Source: Alphaproteobacteria bacterium
GTDB taxonomy: Bacteria > Pseudomonadota > Alphaproteobacteria > Bin95
DNA length: 64,000 bases
NCBI GenBank assembly: GCA_963665325.3
Contig: CAXXWS020000002.1
Coordinates: forward strand, 832,001 to 896,000
Reading direction: 5' to 3'
Positions 44,309 through 54,304 of this stretch are shown in pieces; within the stretch, counting starts at the first letter, position 1; every line of letters starts with the position of its first letter. A program made the position numbers and the translations under genes. The notes below the pieces were generated by a model. That model saw nothing but the letters and a program-made list of their open reading frames with translations, was not told the origin of the DNA and searched no databases.

Positions 44309-44560
44309 ACGCGCCCGTCGATGCCGGCTTGCCGCTCTCCACAGGAGCGTTTACGGTATGATTCCATTGCATTAATATGCAGAGGCAAACGAATGTGCGC
44401 CTCGAGACCGAAGCGGTACGCTTTTCCCGTTCCCGCCGAAGCGGCCGGCTTTCGCGAGACAGCCCGCAGGAACACGACGGGCGACGGTGCGGGGATCCCC
44501 GGGTTCCGTCCGCTGTCCGGCGTCGTATCGACATCGAACCGAAACCGAAGGAGAACAGCC

Positions 44561-45355
44561 ATGTTCCGGAAAGCAATTTGCGCAATCCTGTATCTTGCGG
44601 CGGTCTCTCTCGCAGCGCCGGCGACGGCGCAGGAGGCGGGAGAGCGGTTTCGCGATTGCCCGGAATGCCCGGAAATGGCCGCGCTGCCCGAAGGCAGCTT
44701 CATCATGGGCTCGCCGGCATGGGAGGGCGCGCACCGCGAGCACGAAACGCCCGCTCGCCGGATACGGATCGACCGCCGCCTGGCGGTCGGCGTTCACGAG
44801 GTGACGTCCGGCGAATGGGATGCCTGCGTCGCCGGCGGCGGTTGCGGCGGCTACAGCCCGTCCGCGCCCTGGGGCCGGGACCGGCAGCCTGTCGTCCATG
44901 TGTCGTGGTTCGATGCGAAGTCCTATATCGAGTGGCTGTCGCGCCGGACGGGCCGGGACTACCGCCTGCCGACCGAGGCCGAGTGGGAATATGCGGCGCG
45001 CGCGGGCACGGCGGGCCCGTATCACACCGGCGGCCGACTTGCGCCGGACCGGGCGAATTACGGCGGCGGGGGAACCGTGCCGGTCGGCTCCTATCCGGCC
45101 AATGCCTTCGGCCTCCATGACATGCACGGCAATGTGTGGGAGTGGGTCGAGGACTGCTGGAACCCGAGCCATGCCGGCGCGCCGGCGGACGGCAGCGCGC
45201 GGCTCTCCGGCGACTGCAACTGGCGCGTCCTGCGCGGCGGCTCCTGGCTGAACGGCCCCAAATCGCTCCGCTCTGCCACCCGTTTCCGGACGAGCTCGGA
45301 AGAACGCGCCTATTACATCAACGGCTTCCGCGTCGCGCTGACACTCCATCCTTGA
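44561..45355 (+). CDS. secreted FGE-sulfatase (SUMF1/EgtB/PvdO) domain protein
   Basis: AAGGAG SD, signal peptide, FRDCPECPEM, RLPTEAEWEYAARAG, NAFGLHDMHGNVWEW, RGGSW, GFRV. Confidence 0.92.
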   Translation: MFRKAICAILYLAAVSLAAPATAQEAGERFRDCPECPEMAALPEGSFIMGSPAWEGAHREHETPARRIRIDRRLAVGVHEVTSGEWDACVAGGGCGGYSPSAPWGRDRQPVVHVSWFDAKSYIEWLSRRTGRDYRLPTEAEWEYAARAGTAGPYHTGGRLAPDRANYGGGGTVPVGSYPANAFGLHDMHGNVWEWVEDCWNPSHAGAPADGSARLSGDCNWRVLRGGSWLNGPKSLRSATRFRTSSEERAYYINGFRVALTLHP

Positions 45356-45565
45356 GGCGCGGCCTCTCCGGGGGGCGATGACCCTCAGGGAAATGCCATG
45401 AAGTGTCATGTTCCGTCACAGTCGGAGTGCGCGCGATTTCCGTCCGCTCTCTTTCCATCATGACCGGACGCCCCCTCCGTCTGCGTGTCTGTCGCCGTCC
45501 CGCTTGCGACTCCCGGCGGGTCGGTGTGTATAACGACGGCAGCGAGCGAAGCGGGGGGAAACCGG

Positions 45566-46546
45566 ATGCCGGTGAAGGTTGTGATGCAGAACGAGCTGTC
45601 GATGGGGGCGGCGGACCGGATTCGTGAGATGGCCGAGGTGGTCGTCGATCCGGACCTGGAGCAGGTCTCCGGCGCGGATATAGTGGTTGCCGGCCGCGGA
45701 CCGATCGACGCCGAGTTCATGTCGCGCGCCGGCAACCGCCTGAAAATGGTCGCCACTCCCGGCATCGGCGTGGACAAGATCGACGTGGAGGCGGCGAGCG
45801 AGCGCGGCATTATCGTTATCCACAATCCCGACGCCCCGACACAGTCCACGGTTGAGCATACGGTCGCGCTGCTGATGGCCATGGCGGCCCGCGTCATGAC
45901 CGGGGACCGTTTCCTCAGGGAGGGCCAGCCCCTGGACCGCGAGCGGATGCGGGGCACGGAGCTGCGGGGGCGCAATCTGGGCGTCGTCGGCTACGGACGC
46001 ATCGGGCGGCGCGTCGCGGCGACTTGCGCGCTCGGGCTCGGGATGAATGTCCGGGTCTGCGACCCCTATGTGGACCGGCATCAGGAGACCCCCGAGGGCG
46101 TCACGCTGACGGACGACTTCGACTCGGTGCTGCGGGATGCGAAGTTCGTGACCTTGCATGTGCCCTTGTCGCCGGCCACCCGCCGCATGGTCGGCGAGCG
46201 GGAGCTGCGCTCGATCCCGCAGGGAAGCTATCTGGTGAACGCCTCGCGCGGGCCGGTGGTCGATGAACAGGCGCTGATCCGGGTGCTGCAGGACGGGCAC
46301 TTGGCGGGGGCGGCGCTGGATGTGACCGACCCCGAACCCCCGTTGCCCGACAATCCGCTGCTGGGGATGGAGAATGTCATCGTCACCCCGCATATCGCGT
46401 CGAACACGGACCTGGGTGTCCACGCCATGATGCACGGGGTTGCCGACCAGATCGCCCAGGTGATCGCCGGAGAGCCGCCCCGCAGCATGGTCGACCCGAA
46501 GGTCTGGCCGGGCCGCTTCGCCGGCTGGTCGGCCGCAGATTCCTGA
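45566..46546 (+). CDS. D-isomer-specific 2-hydroxyacid dehydrogenase (SerA-like)
   Basis: GYGRIG, LHVPL, NASRG, DVTDPEP, TPHIA. Confidence 0.9.
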   Translation: MPVKVVMQNELSMGAADRIREMAEVVVDPDLEQVSGADIVVAGRGPIDAEFMSRAGNRLKMVATPGIGVDKIDVEAASERGIIVIHNPDAPTQSTVEHTVALLMAMAARVMTGDRFLREGQPLDRERMRGTELRGRNLGVVGYGRIGRRVAATCALGLGMNVRVCDPYVDRHQETPEGVTLTDDFDSVLRDAKFVTLHVPLSPATRRMVGERELRSIPQGSYLVNASRGPVVDEQALIRVLQDGHLAGAALDVTDPEPPLPDNPLLGMENVIVTPHIASNTDLGVHAMMHGVADQIAQVIAGEPPRSMVDPKVWPGRFAGWSAADS

Positions 46547-46562
46547 TCGGCCGCTCGAAGCG

Positions 46563-48659
46563 ATGAGCGGAACAGGGGCAGCTTATCGGCTGGGCTGCGA
46601 TGTCGGTGGCACGTTCACGGATTTCGTCCTCTACGACGAGCGATCGGGCGCGATCCATGTGGAGAAGTGCCTGACGACCCCGGATGACCCCTCGGTCGGA
46701 ATTCTGGAGGGCCTCGGGCCCTTCGGCGTCATCGACCCCGAACATGTCGCCCGCACGCGCCGCATCGCGCATGCCACGACACTGGTTGCAAACGCGGTCA
46801 TCGAGCGAAAGGGCGCCCGCACGGCGCTTCTTGCGACCCGGGGTTTCCGCGATGTGCTGGAGCTTCGCCGCCATGTCCGGGTGACGACCTACGAGCTCTG
46901 GGCCGATCCCCCGGCGCCGCTGGTGCCGCGGCATCTGAGAATTCCCGTGAGCGAGCGCACCTACAGCGACGGCGCGGTCCTTCGCCCGGTCCCGCCGGAG
47001 GAGATCGAGGCCGCTGTCGCGCTGATGCGGGCAGAGGGCGTGGGCTCGGTGGCGATCGCCTTCCTGCACTCCTATGTCAATCCCGAGAACGAACGCGAGG
47101 CGGCGCGGCTCCTGCGTGAGCTCGCCCCTGAAATCGCGGTCACGACCTCCGCCGAGGTGCTGCCCCAGATCAAGGAGTACGAGCGCACCAGCACCACGGT
47201 GGTCAACGCCTATGTGAAACCGCTCGTCCAGCGCTATCTCGGCAATCTCGACGACGGGCTCGTCGGAGCCGGCTATGCCGCGCCGCTCAGGGTGATGCTG
47301 TCCAATGGCGGCCTCGGATCCGCGGAGACCGCGACCGATTTCCCGCTCAGGCTCATCGAATCGGGACCGGTGGCGGGGGCCATTGTCGGGCGTCGGATCG
47401 CCGAGGCGCTGGAGCTGCCTGAAGTGCTTTCGTTCGATATGGGGGGAACGACCGCGAAGGCGTGCCTCATCCGCGAGCGCGCGATGCCGATCACCGACGA
47501 GCTGGAGGTAGCGCGGTCGCGGCGGTTCACGCGCTCCAGCGGCTTCCCGGTAGCGGTGCCGGCCGTCAACATGATCGAGATCGGCGCCGGCGGCGGCAGC
47601 ATCGCCACCATCAACGAAATGGGGCTCGTCCAGGTCGGCCCGGAAAGCGCTGGCGCCGACCCCGGACCGATCTGCTACAGCCGCGGCGGCGCCCGGCCGA
47701 CCGTGACCGATGCCGACCTGCTGCTCGGCTACCTCAACCCGGACAATTTCGCCGGCGGCTCGATGCGCCTCGACGGGGAGGCGGCGCGGGCCGGCATCGA
47801 GGAGCAGCTTGCGCGCCCGCGCGGACAATCGGCGCTCGAGGCGGCGTGGACCGTCCACGACGTGGTGAACGAGACGATGGCGGCTGCGGTGCGCATGCAC
47901 ATAACGGAGCGGGGCGGCAACCCCCGGCAGGCGACCCTGGTTGCGTTCGGGGGCGCGGGGCCGCTGCATGCCTGCCACCTCGCGGCGAAGCTACGGGTCG
48001 GGCGGGTCATGGTTCCGCTCCGGGCGGGCGTGCTGTCCGCACTCGGGCTGCTGGTCGCGCCGCCGGCCTACGATATCGTGCGCACCCACAAGGCCCCGCT
48101 GCGGGACCTCGACGAGGCAGCGACCGGAGCGCTGATCGAGGAGATGGCGGACTCGATCGCGTCGCTGCTGGCCAGGCTCGACTCCGAGGGGGAGCTGCGC
48201 TTTCAGCGCGGAGTCGATGTTGGCTATATCGGCCAGAGCTACCAGGTCACGGTGCCGGTGGACGGGGCGGTGGACCGGGACGCGATCTGGCAGAGCTTCG
48301 CGACCCTCTACCGCGAAAAATACGGCTACTTCTACGACGACGTGCCGGCGGAGGTCGTGAACCTCCGGGTGCTGGGGGAGCTGGTGGGTGGCGAGATCGG
48401 GCTCGAACCGCTGCCCCGAGGACCGGCAACGACTGCTGCCGCGGCAGTCGGCGAACGACCCGCCTGGTCTGCGCGCGAGCGCAGCATGCGCCCCTTCAGC
48501 GTCTTCGACCGGGACCGGCTTCTTCCCGGCGCGGCGTTCGAAGGGCCGGCGATCGTCGAGGAGGCGTCCGCAACCACCATCGTCGATGAGGGCGCGACGG
48601 TCGAGGTCGACGCCTGGGGATCGCTGGTCATCGCTGTCGACCTGGAGGATGCACCATGA
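46563..48659 (+). CDS. hydantoinase/oxoprolinase subunit A (ATP-dependent)
   Basis: DVGGTFTD, ESGPVAG, DMGGTT, GAGGGS. Confidence 0.92.
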   Translation: MSGTGAAYRLGCDVGGTFTDFVLYDERSGAIHVEKCLTTPDDPSVGILEGLGPFGVIDPEHVARTRRIAHATTLVANAVIERKGARTALLATRGFRDVLELRRHVRVTTYELWADPPAPLVPRHLRIPVSERTYSDGAVLRPVPPEEIEAAVALMRAEGVGSVAIAFLHSYVNPENEREAARLLRELAPEIAVTTSAEVLPQIKEYERTSTTVVNAYVKPLVQRYLGNLDDGLVGAGYAAPLRVMLSNGGLGSAETATDFPLRLIESGPVAGAIVGRRIAEALELPEVLSFDMGGTTAKACLIRERAMPITDELEVARSRRFTRSSGFPVAVPAVNMIEIGAGGGSIATINEMGLVQVGPESAGADPGPICYSRGGARPTVTDADLLLGYLNPDNFAGGSMRLDGEAARAGIEEQLARPRGQSALEAAWTVHDVVNETMAAAVRMHITERGGNPRQATLVAFGGAGPLHACHLAAKLRVGRVMVPLRAGVLSALGLLVAPPAYDIVRTHKAPLRDLDEAATGALIEEMADSIASLLARLDSEGELRFQRGVDVGYIGQSYQVTVPVDGAVDRDAIWQSFATLYREKYGYFYDDVPAEVVNLRVLGELVGGEIGLEPLPRGPATTAAAAVGERPAWSARERSMRPFSVFDRDRLLPGAAFEGPAIVEEASATTIVDEGATVEVDAWGSLVIAVDLEDAP

Positions 48660-50320
48660 GCGCCAACGAGCCGCCCGAAGCGCTGGATATCGTCTGGCCG
48701 CGCCTGATTGCCATCGCCGACGAGATGGCGACGACGATGTTTCGGACCGCGTTCTCCCACGACGTGGTCGAAGTGCATGACATGTCCACCGGGCTCTACG
48801 ATGACAGGGGCTTTCTCATCGGACAGACCTGGCTCGGCGCGACCGGGCATACGGGGGTCATGCCGGTATATGGGCGGAACCTGCTGGAGTATTTCCCGCC
48901 CGAAACGGTCCGGCCGGGCGACGTGTTCATCTGCAACGATCCCTGGATCTGCAACGGCCAGACGGCCGATGTCTTCATCACCACGCCCGCCTTCCGCGAC
49001 GGGCGGCTTATCGGCTTCTCCATCAACAGCGTCCACCATGTCGATATCGGCGGGCGCAAGGGCTCGGGCCTCAGCGAGGAGGTCTATGAAGAGGGCCTCA
49101 TCATTCCGCCGCTCAAGCTCTATGACGACGGCGCGCCGAACGAGCAGCTGTTCCAGCTTCTGAGGCGCAATGTCCGGTTTGCGGAAAAGATGATCGGCGA
49201 CCTGCGCGCCCAGGTGGCGGCGGGCTGGGCCGGCAGCCGGGAGCTCGAACGGCTCGCGGCGGAGTTCGGCCTCGACTCGCTGCGCGGGCACGCCGACGAG
49301 ATCATGCGCCGCACCGAGGCCGGAATGCGGGCGGGGATCGCTGCGCTCCCCGACGGCGAATATCACGAAGAGATGGAGATGGAGATCGACGGCATTGCGG
49401 AGCCGCAAACGCTCGCGCTCACGCTGCGGATCGAGGGCAGCGACGTGTATGCCGATTTCACCGGCACCTCGCCCCAGGTGCGCCGTCCCGTCAATTGCCC
49501 CATCAACTACACGCGCGCCTATGTGGCGCTGCCGCTCAAGCTGGTGTGCGACCCGATCCTGCCCAACAACCAGGGCACCTACGAGCCGCTGCACCTGTCG
49601 GTGCCCGAGGGCACGCTGCTCAATCCGACCTTCCCGGCGGCCTGTTTCTGGCGCCTTTCGGCCGGGATGCTGGTGTCGGAGCTGATGTTCCGGGTGCTGG
49701 CGCGGATTGCGCCGGACAGGGTGCCGGCCGATTCCGGCTCGATGCCGACATGGCAGTTCTACGTCAACGGCGTGCGCCCGGACGGCGAGGTGTTCGCGCT
49801 GCACCAGCACGCCTTCGGCGGCATGGGCGGGCGGCCGGGCGATGACGGGCTTCCCTCGGTCAGCTTCCCCTACAATGTGCGCGATGTCTCCATCGAGTGG
49901 TCGGAGATGGAGACGCCGGTGCTTTACGAGGCGCGCGAGCTCATTCCGGACTCGGGCGGAGCGGGCGAGTTCAGGGGCGGTCTCGGCCAGGAGCTGGTGC
50001 TGAAGGCGTATGCCGGGCAGGTGAAGGAGCGTGAGCCGCTGGTGCTGTCGGGATCGGCCGGGCGCATGCGCTTTCCGCCTCGAGGGCTGGTCGGCGGCGC
50101 GAACGGCTCTTTCGGGGCAATCGAGGTGAACGGGGAAGCGATTGCGCCGTCGAGCTCGCCGACCGTAGTCTTCCGGGAGGGCGACACCGTACGCTTTCGG
50201 CTGCCGGGCGGCGGCGGATATGGCGACCCCGCAAGGCGCCCGCACGAGCGCATCGAAGCGGACCTGCGGGCCGGCTATGTGACGCTGGAGGGCGCGCGCC
50301 GGGACTACGGCTACGAATAG
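48656..50320 (+). CDS. hydantoinase B/oxoprolinase subunit
   Basis: NDPW, HHVDIGG, EEGL, DSGGAGEFRGG, GGGGYGDP. Confidence 0.92.
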   Translation: MSANEPPEALDIVWPRLIAIADEMATTMFRTAFSHDVVEVHDMSTGLYDDRGFLIGQTWLGATGHTGVMPVYGRNLLEYFPPETVRPGDVFICNDPWICNGQTADVFITTPAFRDGRLIGFSINSVHHVDIGGRKGSGLSEEVYEEGLIIPPLKLYDDGAPNEQLFQLLRRNVRFAEKMIGDLRAQVAAGWAGSRELERLAAEFGLDSLRGHADEIMRRTEAGMRAGIAALPDGEYHEEMEMEIDGIAEPQTLALTLRIEGSDVYADFTGTSPQVRRPVNCPINYTRAYVALPLKLVCDPILPNNQGTYEPLHLSVPEGTLLNPTFPAACFWRLSAGMLVSELMFRVLARIAPDRVPADSGSMPTWQFYVNGVRPDGEVFALHQHAFGGMGGRPGDDGLPSVSFPYNVRDVSIEWSEMETPVLYEARELIPDSGGAGEFRGGLGQELVLKAYAGQVKEREPLVLSGSAGRMRFPPRGLVGGANGSFGAIEVNGEAIAPSSSPTVVFREGDTVRFRLPGGGGYGDPARRPHERIEADLRAGYVTLEGARRDYGYE

Positions 50321-50360
50321 GGCCCGGAGCGGCGGGCGGCATTCGGGCGTTTGAAAAGAT

Positions 50361-50437
50361 TGGTCGGAGTGGCAAGATTCGAACTTGCGGCCCCTGCCTC
50401 CCGAAGACAGTGCTCTACCAGGCTGAGCTACACTCCG
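50361..50437 (-). tRNA. tRNA-Pro(CGG)
   Basis: CGGAGTGTAGCTCAGCCTGGTAGAGCACTGTCTTCGGGAGGCAGGGGCCGCAAGTTCGAATCTTGCCACTCCGACCA: cloverleaf, anticodon CGG, encoded CCA. Confidence 0.97.
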
Positions 50438-50451
50438 GCCGTGCGCCGGAG

Positions 50452-50480
50452 TGTATAGCGGCGGCGGGGCGGGAGTTCAA
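50452..50480 (-). promoter_or_regulatory. putative tRNA-Pro promoter
   Basis: Minus strand TTGAAC-N17-TATACA, 14 nt upstream of the tRNA 5' end. Confidence 0.55.
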
Positions 50481-50528
50481 CGGGGTGCGGCGGCAGGAAG
50501 CGCCGGTAACGCGGCGGAGAGGGACGGC

Positions 50529-53500
50529 ATGAGCGCAGGCTGGCAGTTCTGGATCGACCGGGGCGGAACCTTCACCGACATTGTGGCGCGCGCGCCGGAT
50601 GGCGGCTTCGTCACCCGCAAGCTGCTGTCCGAAGCCCCTGAGCATTATGACGACGCGGCTCTTCAGGGCATTCGCGACATTCTGGGCGCGGAGGCGGGCG
50701 CGCCGATCCCGGCAGACCGCGTCGAGGCGGTGCGGATGGGCACTACCGTCGCGACCAATGCGCTGCTGGAACGCAAGGGCGAACGCACCCTGCTGGTGGT
50801 CACGCGAGGCTTCGCCGACCAGCTCCGTATCGGCTACCAGAACCGCCCGCGCCTCTTCGACCTCAATATCCGTCTGCCGGAAATACTCTACGAGGCGGTC
50901 GTCGAGGCGGACGAACGCATGGGTCCGCATGGCGAGGTCGTGCGGCCGCTGGACGAGGCGAAACTGGAAGCCGACCTTGCGCGGGCGCATGGAGAGGGTT
51001 TCCGTGCGGTCGCCATCTGCCTGATGCACGGCTACCGCCACACCGCACACGAAGCTGCGGCGCACGCCATCGCGCGGCGCGCGGGCTTCGAGCAGGTTTC
51101 GGTGAGCCACATGGTCTCGCCGCTGATGAAGTTCGTCTCGCGCGGCGACACCACGGTGGTGGACGCCTATCTCTCCCCGATCCTGCGCCGCCATGTCGAG
51201 CGCATGGCGGCGTCGCTCGGCGGGGCGCGGCTGCTGTTCATGCAGTCCAACGGAGGACTGGTGGATGCGCGCCGGTTCCAGGGTAAGGACGCCATCCTCT
51301 CCGGGCCCGCAGGCGGCATCGTCGGGGCGGTCGAGACCGGGCGCTCGGCGGGGTTCGAGCGCATTATCGGCTTCGACATGGGCGGCACCTCGACCGATGT
51401 CTCGCACTATGCCGGCAGCTATGAGCGCGCCTTCGAAACCGAGGTTGCCGGCGTGCGGATGCGCGCGCCGATGCTCGACATCCACACCGTCGCGGCCGGC
51501 GGCGGCTCGATCCTGCATTTCGACGGCCGGCGCTTCCGGGTCGGCCCCGACAGCGCCGGCGCGGACCCCGGCCCCGCCTGTTACCGGCGCGGCGGCCCGC
51601 TGACGGTTACCGACTGCAACCTGATGCTCGGCCGGCTGATGCCGGAGTTCTTCCCGCGCATTTTCGGGCCGGGGCGCGACGAGACGCTCGATGTCGAGGT
51701 CGTGCGCCGCGAATTCGCCACGCTCGCCGGACGGATCGGCGACGGGCGCACGCCAGAAGCGGTCGCCGAGGGTTTCCTGCGCATTGCGGTCGAGAACATG
51801 GCCAACGCCATCAAGCGCATCTCCATCGAGCGCGGCCACGATGTGACCGACTATGCGCTCAACTGCTTCGGTGGAGCGGGCGGCCAGCATGCCTGCGCGG
51901 TCGCCGATGCGCTCGGCATCGAAACCGTGCTGATCCATCCCTTTGCGGGCGTGCTCTCCGCCTATGGCATGGGCCTGGCCGATATCCGGGTGCTGCGCGA
52001 GACGGCGGTCGAAGCGCCGCTATCCGAGATCGGGGAGGCGGAAGCGGCGTTCGAGCGGCTGGATGCGCTTGCCCGGGACGAGATGGCGGCGCAGGGCGTG
52101 CCGCCCGAGCGGGTCGAGGCCTTCCGGCGGCTTCTTGTGCGCTATGACGGCACCGATTCGCCGCTGACCGTGGCGTTCGGCCCGGAAACGGCCGTGCAGG
52201 CCGCCTTCGAGGACCAGCACCGGCAGCGCTTCGGTTTCGTCTCGGAGACCAAGGGGCTCGTCATCGAGGCAGCGGCGCTGGAACTCGTCGGGCGGACGGA
52301 GCGGGCAGGGGAACCCTCAATTGCCGGTGACGGAGGCAACCCCGATCCTGCTGCCCGGACAGAGCTGTTCGCCGACGGCCGGATGCAGAAGGCCGCGGTC
52401 CATATCCGTGCGGAGCTCAGTCCCGGAGACCGTGTGGCCGGACCGGCGGTGCTGGTGGAGGACACCGCGACGACAGTGGTCGAGCCCGGATGGGAGGCGC
52501 GGCTTACCGAGAGTGGCAATCTCGTGCTGGAGCGCGTTCTGCCGGCCAGGCGCGAGGCGGCGACCGGCACCGAGGCGGACCCGGTGCTGCTGGAGGTGTT
52601 CAACAATTTGTTCATGTCGGCGGCCGAGCAGATGGGCGCCACCCTGGCTGCGACCGCCTCCTCGGTGAATATCAAGGAACGGCTGGACTTCTCCTGCGCC
52701 GTGTTCGATCCCGACGGCGAACTGGTCGCCAACGCGCCGCATATTCCGGTCCATCTGGGTTCGATGTCGGAATCCGTGCAGTCCATCATCCGCTCCCGCG
52801 CCGGGACGATGGCGCCGGGCGACGTGTTCATGCTGAACGCGCCCTACAATGGCGGCACGCACCTGCCGGATGTGACGCTCATCACGCCGGTCTTCGCGCC
52901 GGACGGCGGGGCGATCTGGTTCTATGTCGCAAGCCGCGGCCACCATGCCGATATCGGCGGCATCACGCCGGGTTCCATGCCGCCTGACAGCCGCCATATC
53001 GAGCAGGAGGGCGTGCTGTTCGACGATGTGCGGGCGGTGCGCGGCGGGCGTTTCCTGGAGGAAGAGGTGCTGGCGCTGCTGGAGGGTGCGCGCTACCCGG
53101 CGCGCAACCCGGCCGAGAACCTCGCCGATTTCCGCGCCCAGATCGCCGCCAACCAGAAGGGCGTCGAGGAACTGCACCATATGGTCGCGCATTTCGGCCT
53201 GGATACTGTGCAGGCCTATATGCGCCATGTGCGCGACAATGCCGAGGAAAGCGTGCGCCGGGTGCTGGACGCGCTCCGGCCGGGCAGCTTCGAGATCGAG
53301 ACCGACCAGGGCTGGCTCATCGCGGTGGATGTCTCCATCGACAAGGCGGCGCGCCGGGCGGTGCTGGACTTCTCGCGCTCCTCCGATCAGGTGGATGGCA
53401 ACTTCAATGCGCCGACCGCCGTGTGCATGGCGGCCGTGCTCTATGTCTTCCGCTGCCTCTGCGGCGTGGATATTCCACTCAATGCCGGCTGCCTGAAGCC

Positions 53501-54110
53501 GCTGGAAATCCGCGTGCAGGAGCGGTCGATCCTGCGCCCGCATTTCCCGGCGGCGGTGGTGGCCGGCAATGTCGAGACCTCGCAATACATCACCGACACG
53601 CTGTTCGGCGCGCTGAATGCCGTGGCGGAATCCCAAGGGACGGTCAACAATTTCACCTTCGGCAATGCGCGCTACCAGTATTACGAGACCATCTGCGGCG
53701 GCTCAGGCGCGGGCGACGGTTTCGATGGGGCGCACGCCGTGCATGTCCACATGACCAATACCCGCCTCACCGACCCGGAAATCCTGGAGTGGCGCTACCC
53801 GGTGCGCCTGGAGAGCTTCGAGATCCGGCGGGGCAGTGGCGGCGAGGGGCGCTGGCGGGGCGGCGACGGCGTGCGCCGGCGGGTCCGCTTCCTGGAGCCG
53901 ATGACGGCGGCGATCCTCTCCAGCCACCGCCGCGTGCCGCCCTATGGCCTCGCCGGCGGCGGCAGCGGGGAACCCGGCCGCAACAGCGTCGTGCGCACGG
54001 ACGGCAGCACCGAGACCCTGCTCGGCGCCGACCGCACCGAAATGGCCGCCGGCGACATCTTCGTCATTGAGACACCGGGAGGCGGCGGCTGGGGGACGCC
54101 AGAGGGGTGA
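50529..54110 (+). CDS. fused 5-oxoprolinase (hydantoinase A+B, OplA type)
   Basis: [49 protein letters not shown]. Confidence 0.93.
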   Translation: MSAGWQFWIDRGGTFTDIVARAPDGGFVTRKLLSEAPEHYDDAALQGIRDILGAEAGAPIPADRVEAVRMGTTVATNALLERKGERTLLVVTRGFADQLRIGYQNRPRLFDLNIRLPEILYEAVVEADERMGPHGEVVRPLDEAKLEADLARAHGEGFRAVAICLMHGYRHTAHEAAAHAIARRAGFEQVSVSHMVSPLMKFVSRGDTTVVDAYLSPILRRHVERMAASLGGARLLFMQSNGGLVDARRFQGKDAILSGPAGGIVGAVETGRSAGFERIIGFDMGGTSTDVSHYAGSYERAFETEVAGVRMRAPMLDIHTVAAGGGSILHFDGRRFRVGPDSAGADPGPACYRRGGPLTVTDCNLMLGRLMPEFFPRIFGPGRDETLDVEVVRREFATLAGRIGDGRTPEAVAEGFLRIAVENMANAIKRISIERGHDVTDYALNCFGGAGGQHACAVADALGIETVLIHPFAGVLSAYGMGLADIRVLRETAVEAPLSEIGEAEAAFERLDALARDEMAAQGVPPERVEAFRRLLVRYDGTDSPLTVAFGPETAVQAAFEDQHRQRFGFVSETKGLVIEAAALELVGRTERAGEPSIAGDGGNPDPAARTELFADGRMQKAAVHIRAELSPGDRVAGPAVLVEDTATTVVEPGWEARLTESGNLVLERVLPARREAATGTEADPVLLEVFNNLFMSAAEQMGATLAATASSVNIKERLDFSCAVFDPDGELVANAPHIPVHLGSMSESVQSIIRSRAGTMAPGDVFMLNAPYNGGTHLPDVTLITPVFAPDGGAIWFYVASRGHHADIGGITPGSMPPDSRHIEQEGVLFDDVRAVRGGRFLEEEVLALLEGARYPARNPAENLADFRAQIAANQKGVEELHHMVAHFGLDTVQAYMRHVRDNAEESVRRVLDALRPGSFEIETDQGWLIAVDVSIDKAARRAVLDFSRSSDQVDGNFNAPTAVCMAAVLYVFRCLCGVDIPLNAGCLKPLEIRVQERSILRPHFPAAVVAGNVETSQYITDTLFGALNAVAESQGTVNNFTFGNARYQYYETICGGSGAGDGFDGAHAVHVHMTNTRLTDPEILEWRYPVRLESFEIRRGSGGEGRWRGGDGVRRRVRFLEPMTAAILSSHRRVPPYGLAGGGSGEPGRNSVVRTDGSTETLLGADRTEMAAGDIFVIETPGGGGWGTPEG

Positions 54111-54150
54111 GTGTGGCGGTTGTCTGCCTTGCTAACGATTTGGAAGTAGG

Positions 54151-54280
54151 CAATGGGCAGAAAGTTGCAAAAATGATTGGAAATGGGCAAGAAATGGCAT
54201 AAGGGGGAATAAATGGGCAAAAAATGGCAGAGATGGGCAGAAAATGGCGATAGTGGATGAGAATGGGCAGAGAATAGCCC
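54151..54280 (+). repeat. degenerate 10-bp tandem repeat array (13 units, consensus AAATGGGCAG)
   Basis: caatgggcag aaagttgcaa aaatgattgg aaatgggcaa gaaatggcat aagggggaat aaatgggcaa aaaatggcag agatgggcag aaaatggcga tagtggatga gaatgggcag agaatagccc. Confidence 0.9.
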
Positions 54281-54304
54281 AATCTGGACCGAATTGCATT
54301 TGAG

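Noticed and set aside
44380-44560. c-di-GMP-I riboswitch suggested by GGCAAAC upstream of the FGE gene
   Set aside because: The GNRA-capped P2 and the following GACGCAAA motif are absent.
45400-50437. Genomic island integrated at the tRNA-Pro 3' end
   Set aside because: No integrase, and I saw no duplicate of the tRNA 3' end elsewhere in the window.
54151-54280. CRISPR array interpretation of the repeats
   Set aside because: Units are 10 bp, contiguous and degenerate, with no unique spacers, and there are no cas genes in the window.
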